From: Eledone cirrhosa
Lineage: Eukaryota
Direction: 5' to 3'
Assembly: GCA_964016885.1 (NCBI GenBank)
Contig: OZ024756.1
Location: 24,366,001 to 24,430,000, forward strand
DNA length: 64,000 nucleotides
Positions 25,913 through 39,772 of this stretch are shown one piece after another (position 1 is the stretch's first letter; each line of letters opens with the position of its first letter). The notes below the pieces were generated by a model that was not told the origin of the DNA, did no database searches, and saw only the letters and a list, made by a program, of their open reading frames with translations. The position numbers and the translations under genes were made by a program.

Positions 25913-26495
25913 AAATCCTGGTGTATTTATTGACGTTGGATTTTTAAAATATATATATATATTGTATGTATATATATATATATAAATATATATTGTATGT
26001 ATATCATCATCATTTTACGTCCGCTCTTCCCTGCCCGCAAGGGTGGGACGGGTCTTATTCAGCACAGCATCTCTCCACTAATCACGGTCCTTCGTCATCT
26101 CCACCATAAGCTTCAACGATCTGAGGTCTGTTCTCACAATATATATATATATATATTGTGTATATATATATATATATTCTCAGACCGGGTGATGTGTTGT
26201 TTCCTTGAGTAAGACACTTTATTTCACATTGCTCCAGTTTACTCAGCTGTAGAAATGAGATGATAGGGACTGGGGTCCCTATCATTCCACTGCAAAGTGG
26301 TCGTGGAGGTGCCACGGCAAAAAAAGCACCCAGCACTCACTGTAAATGAGGTTGGTGTTAGGAAGGGCATCCAGCTGTAGAAATCAAGCCAGAATCAGTT
26401 CCCGTCCCACCCTTGCAAGCAGGGAAAAGCAGACGTAAAATGATGATGATGATGATATATATTGTGTATATATATATATATTGTGTATATATTTA

Positions 26496-26533
<38 letters not shown>

Positions 26534-27414
26534 AGTGTGTGTGTATGTATGTATGTGTGTGTGTGGTCAGAGTGGGGTGCTCAAAACTTATTCACAGTTG
26601 TATAAATAACATTACAATCAGTCACATAGGAGTCAACAAAAGTTTTTTAGGCAATCCAACAAGCTCGCAGCATTACCGCAGTTGATGGCGGGGCCAGGCG
26701 CTGAAACAACCAGGCACCGTCACAGGCATCACCTGACACCTCGGTTAGGCAAGTTGAGACAAGAACTTTGCTTATCAGTGGCTCAACTCCACTAAAATTC
26801 TCAAATGCCTGAGGTTGGAAAAAATAGTTATTTGATAGTTCCCGTATTTTAGGATTTTATTCCGTTCGGTTACGGAAGCAGTGACCCTCACATTTACCGC
26901 AGCATCTATGATGAGGGAGGGAGCAAAAGAGTCACTGACTATGGCGTCAAGCCTGATTTAATAGGGGTGGAGGAGGCAAAGGGACCAATTGCCTCGGACC
27001 CCTTGCACTACCACAAAGTTTTCCAATGAAATATTTGGCAGTTCGATTCATTTTGATTTTTGTGTATATGTGATAATATTCTATTAAATTAAATACAATT
27101 TATTATACATATCATTGAATAAGATTTAGGGTTTAAAGTTTGAGTATAAGATTAAGTTTAGGGTTAAGTCGGAAAGGGGGAGTTAGTTTTAGAATATGGA
27201 ACTTAATGAGCTAGATGTGTTCAAAATGAGGTAGGCGTGATCAAATCATACCAAGGAAACGATGTTTCCATTTGCAATTCCTGGCAGAGAGGGCAACCTG
27301 AAATAAAGTGTCTTGCTCAAGGACATAATGTATCGCCTGTTCTGGGAATCGAACTCACAACCTTACGATTGCAATTCCTGTTCTCTAAGCACTAAGCCAC
27401 GCACCTTCACATAT

Positions 27415-27620
27415 ATGAGGGGGGGGGGAGCTGAAAAGTTCATGGGCTGACTATGAAGGAAGTAGGCTAGAGCTGTGAAATCTTATTTGTATTAATTTCA
27501 ACTCATGTTATTAATAATTGCATTGTTTCTTTCAAAGGACTATGTTGAAAAATAAACCTCATTTGGTCATTTCTTGAGGTTATCTTAGTTAACCTATGAA
27601 CTTTTCAGGCGACCCTCGTA
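27415..27620. mobile_element. Mariner-like MITE
   Basis: TA-flanked TIR-like (C/T)GAGGG..CTGAAAAGTTCAT at both ends. Confidence 0.6.
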
Positions 27621-28614
27621 CATTAGATATAATTTTATATTTTTATTTTATAACTTGATATTGATAATTTCAATTTCAAAAGAAATGTAATTACATTTTT
27701 CAGTATATGTAATTATATTTAGGAGAGTTTTATATTTCATTTAATTCATTGCAGCTGCCTCTGACCTAGAGTAATAAAATGAAATATTATTCAATATAGT
27801 CTATTCCATTCACTGTGCTGCAGTCTCAGTCATTTCATTTAACCAACGGTTAACATATACCTCCTTGTGAGGCAACAAGGAAGCCTCTGTATGGATACTC
27901 ATTGTTACAGAAATAACAGCCAAATCTCCCTTATATCTCACCCTACGCTTTTGAAAACTGGACAATTATGGGAGCAGGGCCTGACTTTCACCTGCTTGAG
28001 GCCCTAAGCTACATGAAATTTGAGGTCCTTCTCTAAAAAAAATATAATTATTATTTTTTTATATTAATGTTAATGATAAAGAATATCACCATCATCATCA
28101 TCATCATTGTTTAACGTCTATCTTCCATGCTAGCATGGGTTAGACCAGATTTTACCACTTGAGGCAAGATTGGTTGGATGACCATGTCTCGCTCGTATAT
28201 ATATCTGGCAGGTTTTCTACGGCTGGTTGCCCTTCCTAACACTAACCACATTTGCAGTGTGGACTGGGAGCTTTTTACCGTGTTACCTACACAACCACAT
28301 TACAGCGTGGACTGTGTGTTTTTTGTCGTGACACCTACACAACCTCATTAGTTTGGACTGGATGTTGCGGTACCAACATAACTTTATAGAGAAAGGGTGG
28401 TGTTGGTGGGAGTGGGAGGATGGATAGGGGTAGTGGGTTGGGGTGTATGTTTGGTTTGGAGAGGCCTACTGACTGTAGGTTAACTTTGCACATAGGGAAG
28501 GCAGGTCTTCTGTATTACTGTATGACACCAGAGATCTCGATCCAGTGACATTGTCTTAGAGAGGTGCAAGTATGCAAGGTCAGAATTTATAATGTCGTCC
28601 CAGGTTTCTCTGGG

Positions 28615-28666
<52 letters not shown>

Positions 28667-30134
28667 CTTCTACAGGACTAGAACTTTTCTCATAACAGGA
28701 CCACCCAGTTCCACACTGTGAACGGGGTTGGCAGTAGGAAGGGCATCCAACAGCCGTAAAAACCCAACCCAAACATGGGCAACTGGCCAGACCTCCCTCA
28801 TAATGGGATCACCCAGATCCCAAAATACAGTTCTACTGTGGGCAGAGTATGGCAAAGCTAACTGGCCAGACCCTCCCCCATAACATGCCAACCAGGTCCA
28901 TACAGTAAACGTGGGCAGTGTTAGGAAGGGCATCCATAAAAAAACAGCCAACACACAGTCATGATTTGTACAAGGTACAGCACAGCTGTGTCTCATAACA
29001 TGACCATCCAGTTCCATGCTGTATATGTGGTTGGTGTTAGGAAGGGCATCCAGCTGTAAAAGTCCCAGCCAAAATACAGTTCTGTTTGAACAAGATACGA
29101 CACGGCCAACTGGCCAGACTTGTCTCATAATATGGACGACCCATCTAACCCATGCAAGCATAGAAAAATAGGTGTTAAACGGAGATGATGATGATGATGA
29201 TGATAAAGTTGTATATGGAAAAAAGTGAAACACATGGTATAAAAGAACAAAAGTATCCATTTCCTTATCAGCAACTCCTTTAATGCAATTTTGTGCATAA
29301 GAGTGAGATTGTATAACAGTGAGCCCAGCTTACACTATAGCTTAAACAAGCTGTTGGAAAGTTCCATATTAGACAAGACAGGAACATTGGAAAACAAGAG
29401 TGTGTTTGTTGACTAGGGCAACAAAGGAAATATGTAAACAAATAAGAAAAAGAACTCTTACAACTGAAAATAGAATAGGATATGATGCAGGCATGTTGTG
29501 TAGATTGTAAAGTAGAAAGGATGGGAATGTAAAACTTTCATCAAAAAAGAGGATATGCATATATACATACATACACAGATGTACACATACATACATATAT
29601 ACATACATACACACCTATACACACACATATGGCCTGACCATTGAATTGATGCCAATGAAATCTTTCTCTATATATAATTCAAATTAAAAGATATATGATA
29701 TATATATAGAGAGAGAGAGAAATAACCATATATCATTTGAGAAACAAAAAATAGTATTTTGTACACATATATAAAACACATAATATTCAGGAAAAAGTAC
29801 ATACTTCAAGGTGGAAAAGACTTTATTTTCCTTACGGCATCATTTCAAAGTTTGGAAACCGGATTTTTGCTCCGGTTTCCAATCTTTGAAATGACGCTAT
29901 AAGGAAAATACTTTTTTTATCGACCTCAAAATGATGAAAGGCAAAGTTGACCTCAGCGGGATTTGAACTCAGAAAATAGAGAGCCAGAATGAATACTACA
30001 AAGCATTCTATCTTACGTTCCAGTGACTCTGCCACCTTGTAATTCAAATATGAACACTAAAATAAGATATTTTGCATGCATCATAGAACTGAGAGACAGT
30101 TGTAAGTGTGTTGGTACCAAATAGATTAAGATAC

Positions 30135-30530
30135 CTATATAGGCTTAGCTGGCCTCCTACTAGGCTGCATCTCATAGGGGTTATAGAGGGTTTGAATGAT
30201 AAGGGTTCCGGTCCTACATATTGTAACAGTTCATAGTTATATAGGTTTAGCTGGCCTCCTACTAGGCTGCATCTCATAGGGGTTATAGAGGGTTTAAATT
30301 GTAAGGGCCCCAGTTCTATCATGTTGTAACAGTTCATAGTTATATAGGTTTAGCTGGCCTCCTACTAGGCTGCATCTCATAGGGGTTATAGAGGGTTTAA
30401 ATTGTAAGGGCCCCAGTTCTATCATGTTGTAACAGTTCATAGTTATATAGGTTTAGCTGGCCTCCTATGAGGATGCATCTCATTGGAGGGTTTTTCAAGG
30501 GTTTGAATGATAGGGGGTCCAGTTCTATCA
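30135..30530. repeat. 103-bp tandem repeat, about 4 copies
   Basis: ATAGGTTTAGCTGGCCTCCTA at 30139, 30241, 30344 and 30447. Confidence 0.9.
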
Positions 30531-30952
30531 CAAAAAGACTCACTCCTGAACCTGACACTAGTCTGTTATGTGGGGATTAACTCCCAGAGGCTGCTGGTAC
30601 TTATATTATTTTCATCTGAGTGGACTGAATCCAGGTGAAAGGAAGTGTCTTGTTCAAAAACATGACTTGTTACCCTGTCTAAGAATCAAACCCACAACTT
30701 TATGATCCTGAGTCCAACACCTTAACCACTAAGCCACACACCTCCACAGATATTGATATTTCTTTTCCTTCCGTTATTTTTCTTTTTGCAGGGGGGAAGG
30801 GGTCAAATGAAATACATATTGTTCTTTTATTTATTGTGCCAGACTTATATGTGACAAGTAATACAGATAAAGAATATTGTCGCAGATTAGAATATTTTTA
30901 GGAGATAAGAGATAGAGATAAAGGCAGGAAATTTCCTATACTCTGTATATAT

Positions 30953-31001
<49 letters not shown>

Positions 31002-31589
31002 TCAAGAAATTATGTAGTGTACTTACAATGTCAGAGATAATACAGGGGTTTAGATAACTTAGCCGAGGAGGATAAGGAGGAGGAGGAGAAGAAAAATTTC
31101 CAATTTAGGCACACAGTCAAAATGTCTGGTGGTGGGGGCTAAGTGGATTAAATCATCCCCAGTACATTACTGATACTTTATTTCATTGACCTTTCCACCC
31201 CCCACCCCGGGGGAAGGACAAAAGGAAAAGGCACAGTTGACCTTGGCTTATAGGTGAAGAAGTGCCAGGTGTTCCAAATCACTGGAGAGAAACAATAGTT
31301 ATTAAGAAGAGTTGAAAGTAATGCATGCAATATTTCATAGCTCTAGCATCACTCCTTCATAGTCAGCCTATGAACTTTTCAGCCCCCCTTTGTATATATG
31401 TAATATATATATATATATATCATCATCATCGTTTAACGTCTATCTTCCATGCTAGCGTGGGTTAGACGGGAATTGTCTCACTTGAGGCAACATTGATCGA
31501 GTGACCGTGTCTCGCTCGTATAGGACTGTATCTGGCAGGTTTTCTATGGCTGGATGCCCTTTCTAACATCAACCACATTTAAAGCGTGA

Positions 31590-33750
31590 ACTGGGAGCCT
31601 TTTTACCATGTCTCCTACATGACCACTTTACAGTGTGAACTGGGAGCCTTTTTACCATGTCTCCTACACGACCACTTTACAGTGTGGACTGGGAGCCTTT
31701 TTACCATGTCTCCTACACGACCACTTTACAGTGTGAACTGGGAGCCTTTTTACCATGTCTCCTACACGACCACTTTACAGTGTGGACTGGGAGCCTTTTT
31801 ACTGTGTCTCCTACACGACCACTCTACAGTGTGGACTGGGAGCCTTTTTACCATGTCTCCTACATGACCACTTTACAGTGTGAACTGGGAGCCTTTTTAC
31901 CATGTCTCCTACACGACCACTTTACAGTGTGAACTGGGAGCCTTTTTACTGTGTCTCCTACACGACCACTTTACAGTGTGGACTGGGAGCCTTTTTACCA
32001 TGTCTCCTACACGACCACTTTACAGTGTGAACTGGGAGCCTTTTTACTGTGTCTCCTACACGACCACTTTACAGTGTGGACTGGGAGCCTTTTTACCATG
32101 TCTCCTACACGACCACTTTACAGTGTGAACTGGGAGCCTTTTTACCATGTCTCCTACACGACCACTTTACAGTGTGAACTGGGAGCCTTTTTACTGTGTC
32201 TCCTACACGACCACTTTACAGTGTGGACTGGGAGCCTTTTTACCATGTCTCCTACACGACCACTTTACAGTGTGGTCTGGGAGCCTTTTTACCATGTCTC
32301 CTACACGACCACTCTACAGTGTGGACTGGGAGCCTTTTTACCATGTCTCCTACATGACCACTTTACAGTGTGAACTGGGAGCCTTTTTACCATGTCTCCT
32401 ACACGACCACTTTACAGTGTGGACTGGGAGCCTTTTTACCATGTCTCCTACACGACCACTTTACAGTGTGGACTGGGAGCCTTATTACCGTGTCTCCTAC
32501 ACGACCACTTTACAGTGTGAACTGGGAGCCTTTTTACTGTGTCTCCTACACGACCACTTTACAGTGTGGACTGGGAGGCTTTTTACCATGTCTCGTACAC
32601 GACCACTTTACAGTGTGGACAGGGAGCCTTTTTACCATGTCTCCTACACGACCACTTTACAGTGTGAACTGGGAGCCTTTTTACCGTGTCTCCTACACGA
32701 CCACTTTACAGTGTGGACTGGGAGCCTTTTTACCGTGTCTCGTACACGACCACTTTACAGAGTGAACTGGGAGCCTTTTTACCATGTCTCCTACACGACC
32801 ACTTTACAGTGTGAACTGGGAGCCTTTTTACTGTGTCTCCTACACGACCACTTTACAGTGTGGACTGGGAGCCTTTTTACCATGTCTCCTACACGACCAC
32901 TTTACAGTGTGGACTGGGAGCCTTTTTACCATGTCTCCTACACGACCACTTTACAGTGTGGACTGGGAGCCTTTTTACCATGTCTCCTACATGACCACTT
33001 TACAGTGTGAACTGGGAGCCTTTTTACCATGTCTCCTACACGACCACTTTACAGTGTGAACTGGGAGCCTTTTTACTGTGTCTCCTACACGACCACTTTA
33101 CAGTGTGAACTGGGAGCCTTTTTACCATGTCTCCTACACGACCACTTTACAGTGTGGACTGGGAGCCTTTTTACCATGTCTCCTACATGACCACTTTACA
33201 GAGTGAACTGGGAGCCTTTTTACCATGTCTCCTACACGACCACTCTACAGTGTGGACTGGGAGCCTTTTTACCATGTCTCCTACATGACCACTTTACAGT
33301 GTGAACTGGGAGCCTTTTTACCATGTCTCCTACACGACCACTTTACAGTGTGGACTGGGAGCCTTTTTACCATGTCTCCTACACGACCACTTTACAGTGT
33401 GAACTGGGAGCCTTATTACCGTGTCTCCTACACGACCACTTTACAGTGTGAACTGGGAGCCTTTTTACTGTGTCTCCTACACGACCACTTTACAGTGTGG
33501 ACTGGGAGCCTTTTTACCGTGTCTCCTACACGACCACTTTACAGTGTGAACTGGGAGCCTTTTTACTGTGTCTCCAACACGACCACTTTACAGTGTGAAC
33601 TGGGAGCCTTTTTACCGTGTCTCCTACACGACCACTTTACAGTGTGAACTGGGAGCCTTTTTACCATGTCTCCTACACGACCACTTTACAGTGTGGACTG
33701 GAAGCCTTTTTACCGTGTTTCCTACACGACCACTTTACAGCGTGAACTGG
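31590..33750. repeat. 49-bp minisatellite, about 44 copies, inside a SINE-like element
   Basis: Unit ACTGGGAGCCTTTTTACCATGTCTCCTACACGACCACTTTACAGTGTGG/A. Confidence 0.95.
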
Positions 33751-34276
33751 GTGTTTTTTTTTTGTCATGACACCTACACAACCTCTTTAGTTTGGACGGG
33801 ATGTTCTGTGGGACCAACATAACTTTACAGAGAAAGGGTGGTGTTGGTGGGAGTGGGAGGATGGAGTAGGGGTAGTAGGTTGGGGGTGTATATTTGGTTA
33901 AGAGGTGCCTACTGACTGTAGGTTTACTGTCTTCTGTATTACTGCGTAGCACCGGACCTGTCCAACCCATGCAAGCATGGAACAACGGATGTATGATGAT
34001 GATGATATTGGTAGGTCTCCAACTCTCTCTATTTCATCTCATTTTCCTTCCTTCTATATTTATAACTGTCTGTCTATCACTCAGTAGCTTCTAACTCCAT
34101 GATCAAATTCTCTTTTACACTCTCCCTCTCTCTCCCTTCCTCTTTCCTCTGTCTCTCACCCTCTCTCTCTCTCTCTCCCTCTTTCCTCTCCCGCTCCTCA
34201 TCTCTCTCCCTCTCCTCATCTCTCTTGCCACTGTCCTCATCTCACTCTCTCTCTTGTTCCCTCTCTCCCTTCCTCT

Positions 34277-34346
<70 letters not shown>

Positions 34347-34354
34347 CTCTCTCA

Positions 34355-34407
<53 letters not shown>

Positions 34408-36949
34408 CTCTCTCCTCTCTCTCTCTTCATCATCATGAACTTGTGAAGGACATAACCTTTTATAGCTGTTATATAATGTAATATTTCTTGCCAAGTCCCA
34501 TTTCTGTTATATACTCTCATCAGTCTTACAATACTCTCAATCATGAATGGAATTATCTCCTTTAGAATACCAAACATGACTAACAATACCAAACATTACC
34601 AACAATAGTTTCTTATATAGGCACAAGGCCAGCAATTTTGGGGAGGGGAAAGTCGATTAAATCGACCCCAGTGTGTAACTGGTACTTTTATTTTACAAGG
34701 ATGAAAGGCAAAGTTAACCTCGGCAGGATTTGAACTCAGATCATAAAGGGCCGTAACTCTATGCTGGAAAGCATGGCATCCAACCCTCTACCGATACTGT
34801 CAATCCACCACCAATCCACCAACAATACCAAACATTACCAACAATGATTTCTTACGAGGCCAGCAATTTTGGGAAGGGGTAAGTCGATTAAATCGACCCC
34901 AGTGCGTGACTGGTACATTTATTTTATCGACCCTGTAAATATGTAAGGATGTTGGATTGGCAGTAATTGGTAGAGTGTCAGACAGCATGCTTTGCAGCTT
35001 AGCTTAGAGTTGCGGCCCTTTATGATCTGAGTTCAAATCCCGTCGAGGTTATCTTTGCCTTTCATCCTTACGGGAGTCAATAAAATAAAGAACCAGTCAC
35101 ACAATGGGGTCGATTTAATCAACTTTCCCCTCCCCACAAAATTGTTGGCCTTGTGCCTAAATCAGAAATCATTATACATTGTATATAGTCCTGTTACAGT
35201 TGTGTTATTCCACTCCAACCTCAGCCATGATTGAGCAAACTTATATTCAATGATGTTTTCAACTATAAGTATACGATACATGCATGGTCCCACAACTTCT
35301 GATGGAGTTGTAAGGGGGTGCCATATTGACATACAGTGTTTGTTGGGCATTTTGAAACCTGGCAGGAGCCCATCTCTCTCCAGGTCTGAGTACAGCAGAT
35401 TTAACTATGTTAACCCTTTACTATTTACTTTACTTTATATTTACTATTATATTTTCATGGTAAAGGTTTTACCTCATATAGTTATCTCACAAAATATCAA
35501 ATCTATGAGATTTTGATATTATTTATTTTGAGGGTGGTGGATTGGCAGTATCGGTAGCGGGTCGCACGCAATGCTTTGTAGCATAGAGTTACACCACTTT
35601 ACGGTCTGAGTTCAAATCTCACCGAGGTTAACTTTGCCTTTCGTCCTCACGGGGTCAATAAAATAAGTACCAGTAATACACTGGGATAATTGCTGGCCTT
35701 GTGCCAAAAGTAGAAACAATTATTTATTTTGAGAACAATACCTTAACATCAGTATGAGTGGCTAGTTATGACCGGTTTGAACAGAAAGAGGTGAGACAAT
35801 TCTGGTTGGATTCAGCCGATTTAAACGCTAAAGGGTTACAGGAGCATGTGTCTGCGAAATGCTCAGTCTCTACTTGCATGTAAACTTCATGAGCAGGCTG
35901 TTCCATTTTCCCATGGGTTGGACAGGGTGATGGTGATAATGGTACTGGTAATGATGATGATTATGATGATGATGAGGAGGAGGAGGTTGTTGCCGATGAA
36001 AGGGATGGCATATATAAATTATGTATTGGTAATATCTGGACACACCAAAGCAAATATGATGATGATGAGATCGTAGGGGTGGTAGTGGAGGAAAAAGAGG
36101 AGAAGGTTAATGACAACATGGAGGGCATATATAAATATTATATAAATTAAGTAATCTTTATAATATCTAAACACACCAGGGCAAATATACCTCTTAAAAC
36201 AAAAATAAACAAAACCCACTTAAAAACACACAATAGATAATAAATAAGCCTGATATGTTATCTGTACAGATAATAATTAATGCATACAGAGGCACACACA
36301 CACACATACACACACACACACACATACACATACATACACATTTATACAGACAGAGAATTGTGTGTGTGTGCTTGTTTTTTGTTTGTGTGTGTACTATAGT
36401 GGTCTACAAATCTTGAGAAAGGTCTATGTCAGGAGAAGAGCTATCATCATCATCATCATCATCATCATTATCATCATCATCACTGTTTTACATCCATTCT
36501 TCCACGTTAGCATGGGTTAGATGGGTTGTCATGTTGTGGGCAGTGTCCGGTCGACTGACCTTGTCTTGCTCATACCCGAACTGATTCTGGCATGATTTCT
36601 ACAGCTGGATGCCCTTCCTAACACCAACCTCATTTACAGTGTGGGCTGGGTGCTTTTTTTTGCCGTGGCACCTCCGCGACCACTTTGCATTAGAAAGATA
36701 GGGACCCCAGTCCCTATCATCTCATTTCTACAGCTGAGTGAACTGGAGCAATATGAAATAAAGTGTCTTGCTCAAGGAAACAACACATCACCCGGTCTGA
36801 GAATTGAACTCACAACCTTTTGATTGCAAGCCCAATGCTCTAACCACTAAGCCATATATATATGTATATGGACCTATTATTTTTATCTAAAGACATTTTT
36901 TCTAATTCCATCCCGCCCGTCCTCTTAATTTATTTTATTTCTCATTCTT

Positions 36950-36985
36950 TTTTCTGATGAAGGACTAGCGTCCGAAACGTTACGA
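36950..36985 (+). ncRNA. Minimal hammerhead ribozyme (stem I degenerate)
   Basis: CUGAUGA-a-ggac-tagc-gtcc-GAAAC-GUU. Confidence 0.6.
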
Positions 36986-37151
36986 CCCTCTTCCTGCCAT
37001 ATCAAGCGTTAACCTAATATATACCTTCCATATACTGTACTGATTGTGTTGTTATATTTCTGTTTACCTTTTACATACATACATATTTTAGTTTGTAGGA
37101 CTGGAGTATACATAATATATAAGATCAAAAGATGGTTAAAAGAGTTCCATG

Positions 37152-37222
37152 TATTTTATTATGCGCATTTCAAAAACAAATATCATCATGGGATGATATT
37201 TGTGTTCTCATCAGATAAAATA
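37152..37222 (-). ncRNA. Hammerhead ribozyme, type I
   Basis: tattttat-CUGAUGA-long stem II-GAAA-tgcgca-UA-ataaaata. Confidence 0.75.
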
Positions 37223-37369
37223 GGGAGACATGATATGAAGCTTAAAAAACACTTGCGAGCAGTGAAGCGTTAAATCAACATAACGAAATGTTTTACTTTG
37301 TGTGAAGTGTTAAGGTATTAGTTGATTTATTTATTATTTAACAATGGCATTTATTTATCTATTTATATA

Positions 37370-37467
<98 letters not shown>

Positions 37468-38572
37468 GATGAAGTTTCGTTTATATGTATTTAGATTTTT
37501 ATTGTGTATTGGCCTGATACATGCGTTTCGTAAAGGATTGACCCAGGGACACCCATAGAAGTTATGGATTCGACCCCATTATCGATCTGCTCTTCAGACT
37601 GGCGATCTGACAAAAAATATAGTGTTGTATAATCGCCTGTCTGAAGAGCAGATCAATAATAGAGTCAGGTCCATAACTTCAAGAAGTAATCCTGAGCCAA
37701 TCCTCTGTAAAACGCACGTAACAAGAGCAATAGATGACAGTGTTGGTAGAGCATCGGACAATATGCTTTACAGCATAGAGTTACGGCCCTTTATGTTCTC
37801 TTTGCCTATCATCCTTACGGGGTCGCTAAAAATAAAGCACCAGTAATAATTTTGATCAATACGTAATAATTGTTTCTACTTTAGGCACAAGACCAGCAAT
37901 TACCCCTGTGTATTACTGGTACATTATTTTATCGACCTCGTAAGGATGAAAGGCAAAGTTAACCTCGGCTGGATTTGAACTCAGGTTGTAAAGGGACGTA
38001 ACTCTATGCTGGAAAGCATGGCCCCTGACACTTTATCGATGCTGCCAATCTACCGCCCAATACCTAATAATACTGATTAATACATAATTGTTTCTAATTT
38101 AGGCACAAGGCCAGCAAATTACTCAGTACATTACTGGTACTTTATTTTATCGACCCCGTAAGGATGAAAGGCAAAGTTAACCTCGGCGGGATTTGAACTC
38201 AAACTGTAAAGGGACGTAACAATGCTAGAAAGCATGGCGTCCAACCCTCTACCGATATTGCCAATAATATCGATCATATATATATAGATATATATATATC
38301 TATATATATATTATATTATTTATTTATGTTCATACACGAAAAGCACTACTTAAGGTTTCAAGACCCAATATAGATATATATGGAATGAAGCCGTAGTGGA
38401 GATAGAGCAAGGGGGACCTAGGTGGAGGCGGTGAGAGTTGACCTCAAATCACTGAGACTCACAAAGAAGATGACGAAAGAACGCTGCGAGTAAAGAGATG
38501 CTGTGCTGAAAAGGACCCGTCCAACCCATGCAAGCGTGGAAAAACAGAGGTAAAAACGATGTTATAATGATG

Positions 38573-38608
<36 letters not shown>

Positions 38609-38809
38609 CCTATATATATATATATTTGTGTGTGTGTGTGTGTGTGTGTATCCCGGGTAATCACAGTAAGTTACTCAATACATAGCAGTGTATAAATATT
38701 TAATACAGAAATGGCTTCTACAGGACTAGAACTGTTTCATTCGAAGGAAATCATGAGGAAACCGTTGATGATTTCCTTCGAATGAAACAGTTCTAGTCTA
38801 TTTCTATAT

Positions 38810-38866
<57 letters not shown>

Positions 38867-38934
38867 AGATCCAGGATCCCGACGGCTAAGTGCTGGCTGT
38901 TCTTTTACAACGAAGCAAACACTATCAATGGCTG

Positions 38935-38985
<51 letters not shown>

Positions 38986-39454
38986 ATCAAAAGATGGTTA
39001 AAGGAGTTCCATGTATTTTATTATGCGCATTTCAAAAATATATATATATATATATATATTGCAGCCATTGATAGTGTTTGCTTCGTTGTAAAATACACGT
39101 GAGCGACACAAGTGTAGCTGTCATGACCTCGTCTCTCTCAAAAAAAGGTCAATCTCCGATCACAAGTGTAGCACTAGATCACACCACACACACAGAAAGA
39201 AGCTTATGATGTGGTAGAGGTAGTGAGGAGGGAGGTATTTCCCTTTTCATCAGCTGTGGAAATCACTCAACGGGGAAAAATAATCCACATTCATACATAC
39301 ACAAACATGCAGATATACATATATACAGACACACGCGCATGCATATATATATATATATATACATTGATATTAAATAAATGGAAATGTTGAGTTTCTAAAT
39401 GAGTTATAAACATTTATATTTGTTGAATTACCAACAAATTGAATATCGCTTCTA

Positions 39455-39498
<44 letters not shown>

Positions 39499-39534
39499 GA
39501 CATACACAGGGTGACAACTAACTGTGTATGTATA

Positions 39535-39578
<44 letters not shown>

Positions 39579-39740
39579 ATGTGTGGGGGGGGGGGGGGGT
39601 AGTGTATGTTCAATCGGAGGTAACCACAGTATAGCAGAGTATAAATATTCAATATAGAAATTGCTTCTACAGGACTAGAACTGTTTCGTTAAAATATAAT
39701 TAAAAGTCAACAGAAGGCCGGATTCAAAATATTTTTTTAA

Positions 39741-39772
<32 letters not shown>

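Noticed and set aside
31586-33822. Many overlapping ORFs and a CRISPR-like array
   Set aside because: Contiguous 49-bp tandem repeat without spacers; the ORFs are repeat artefacts
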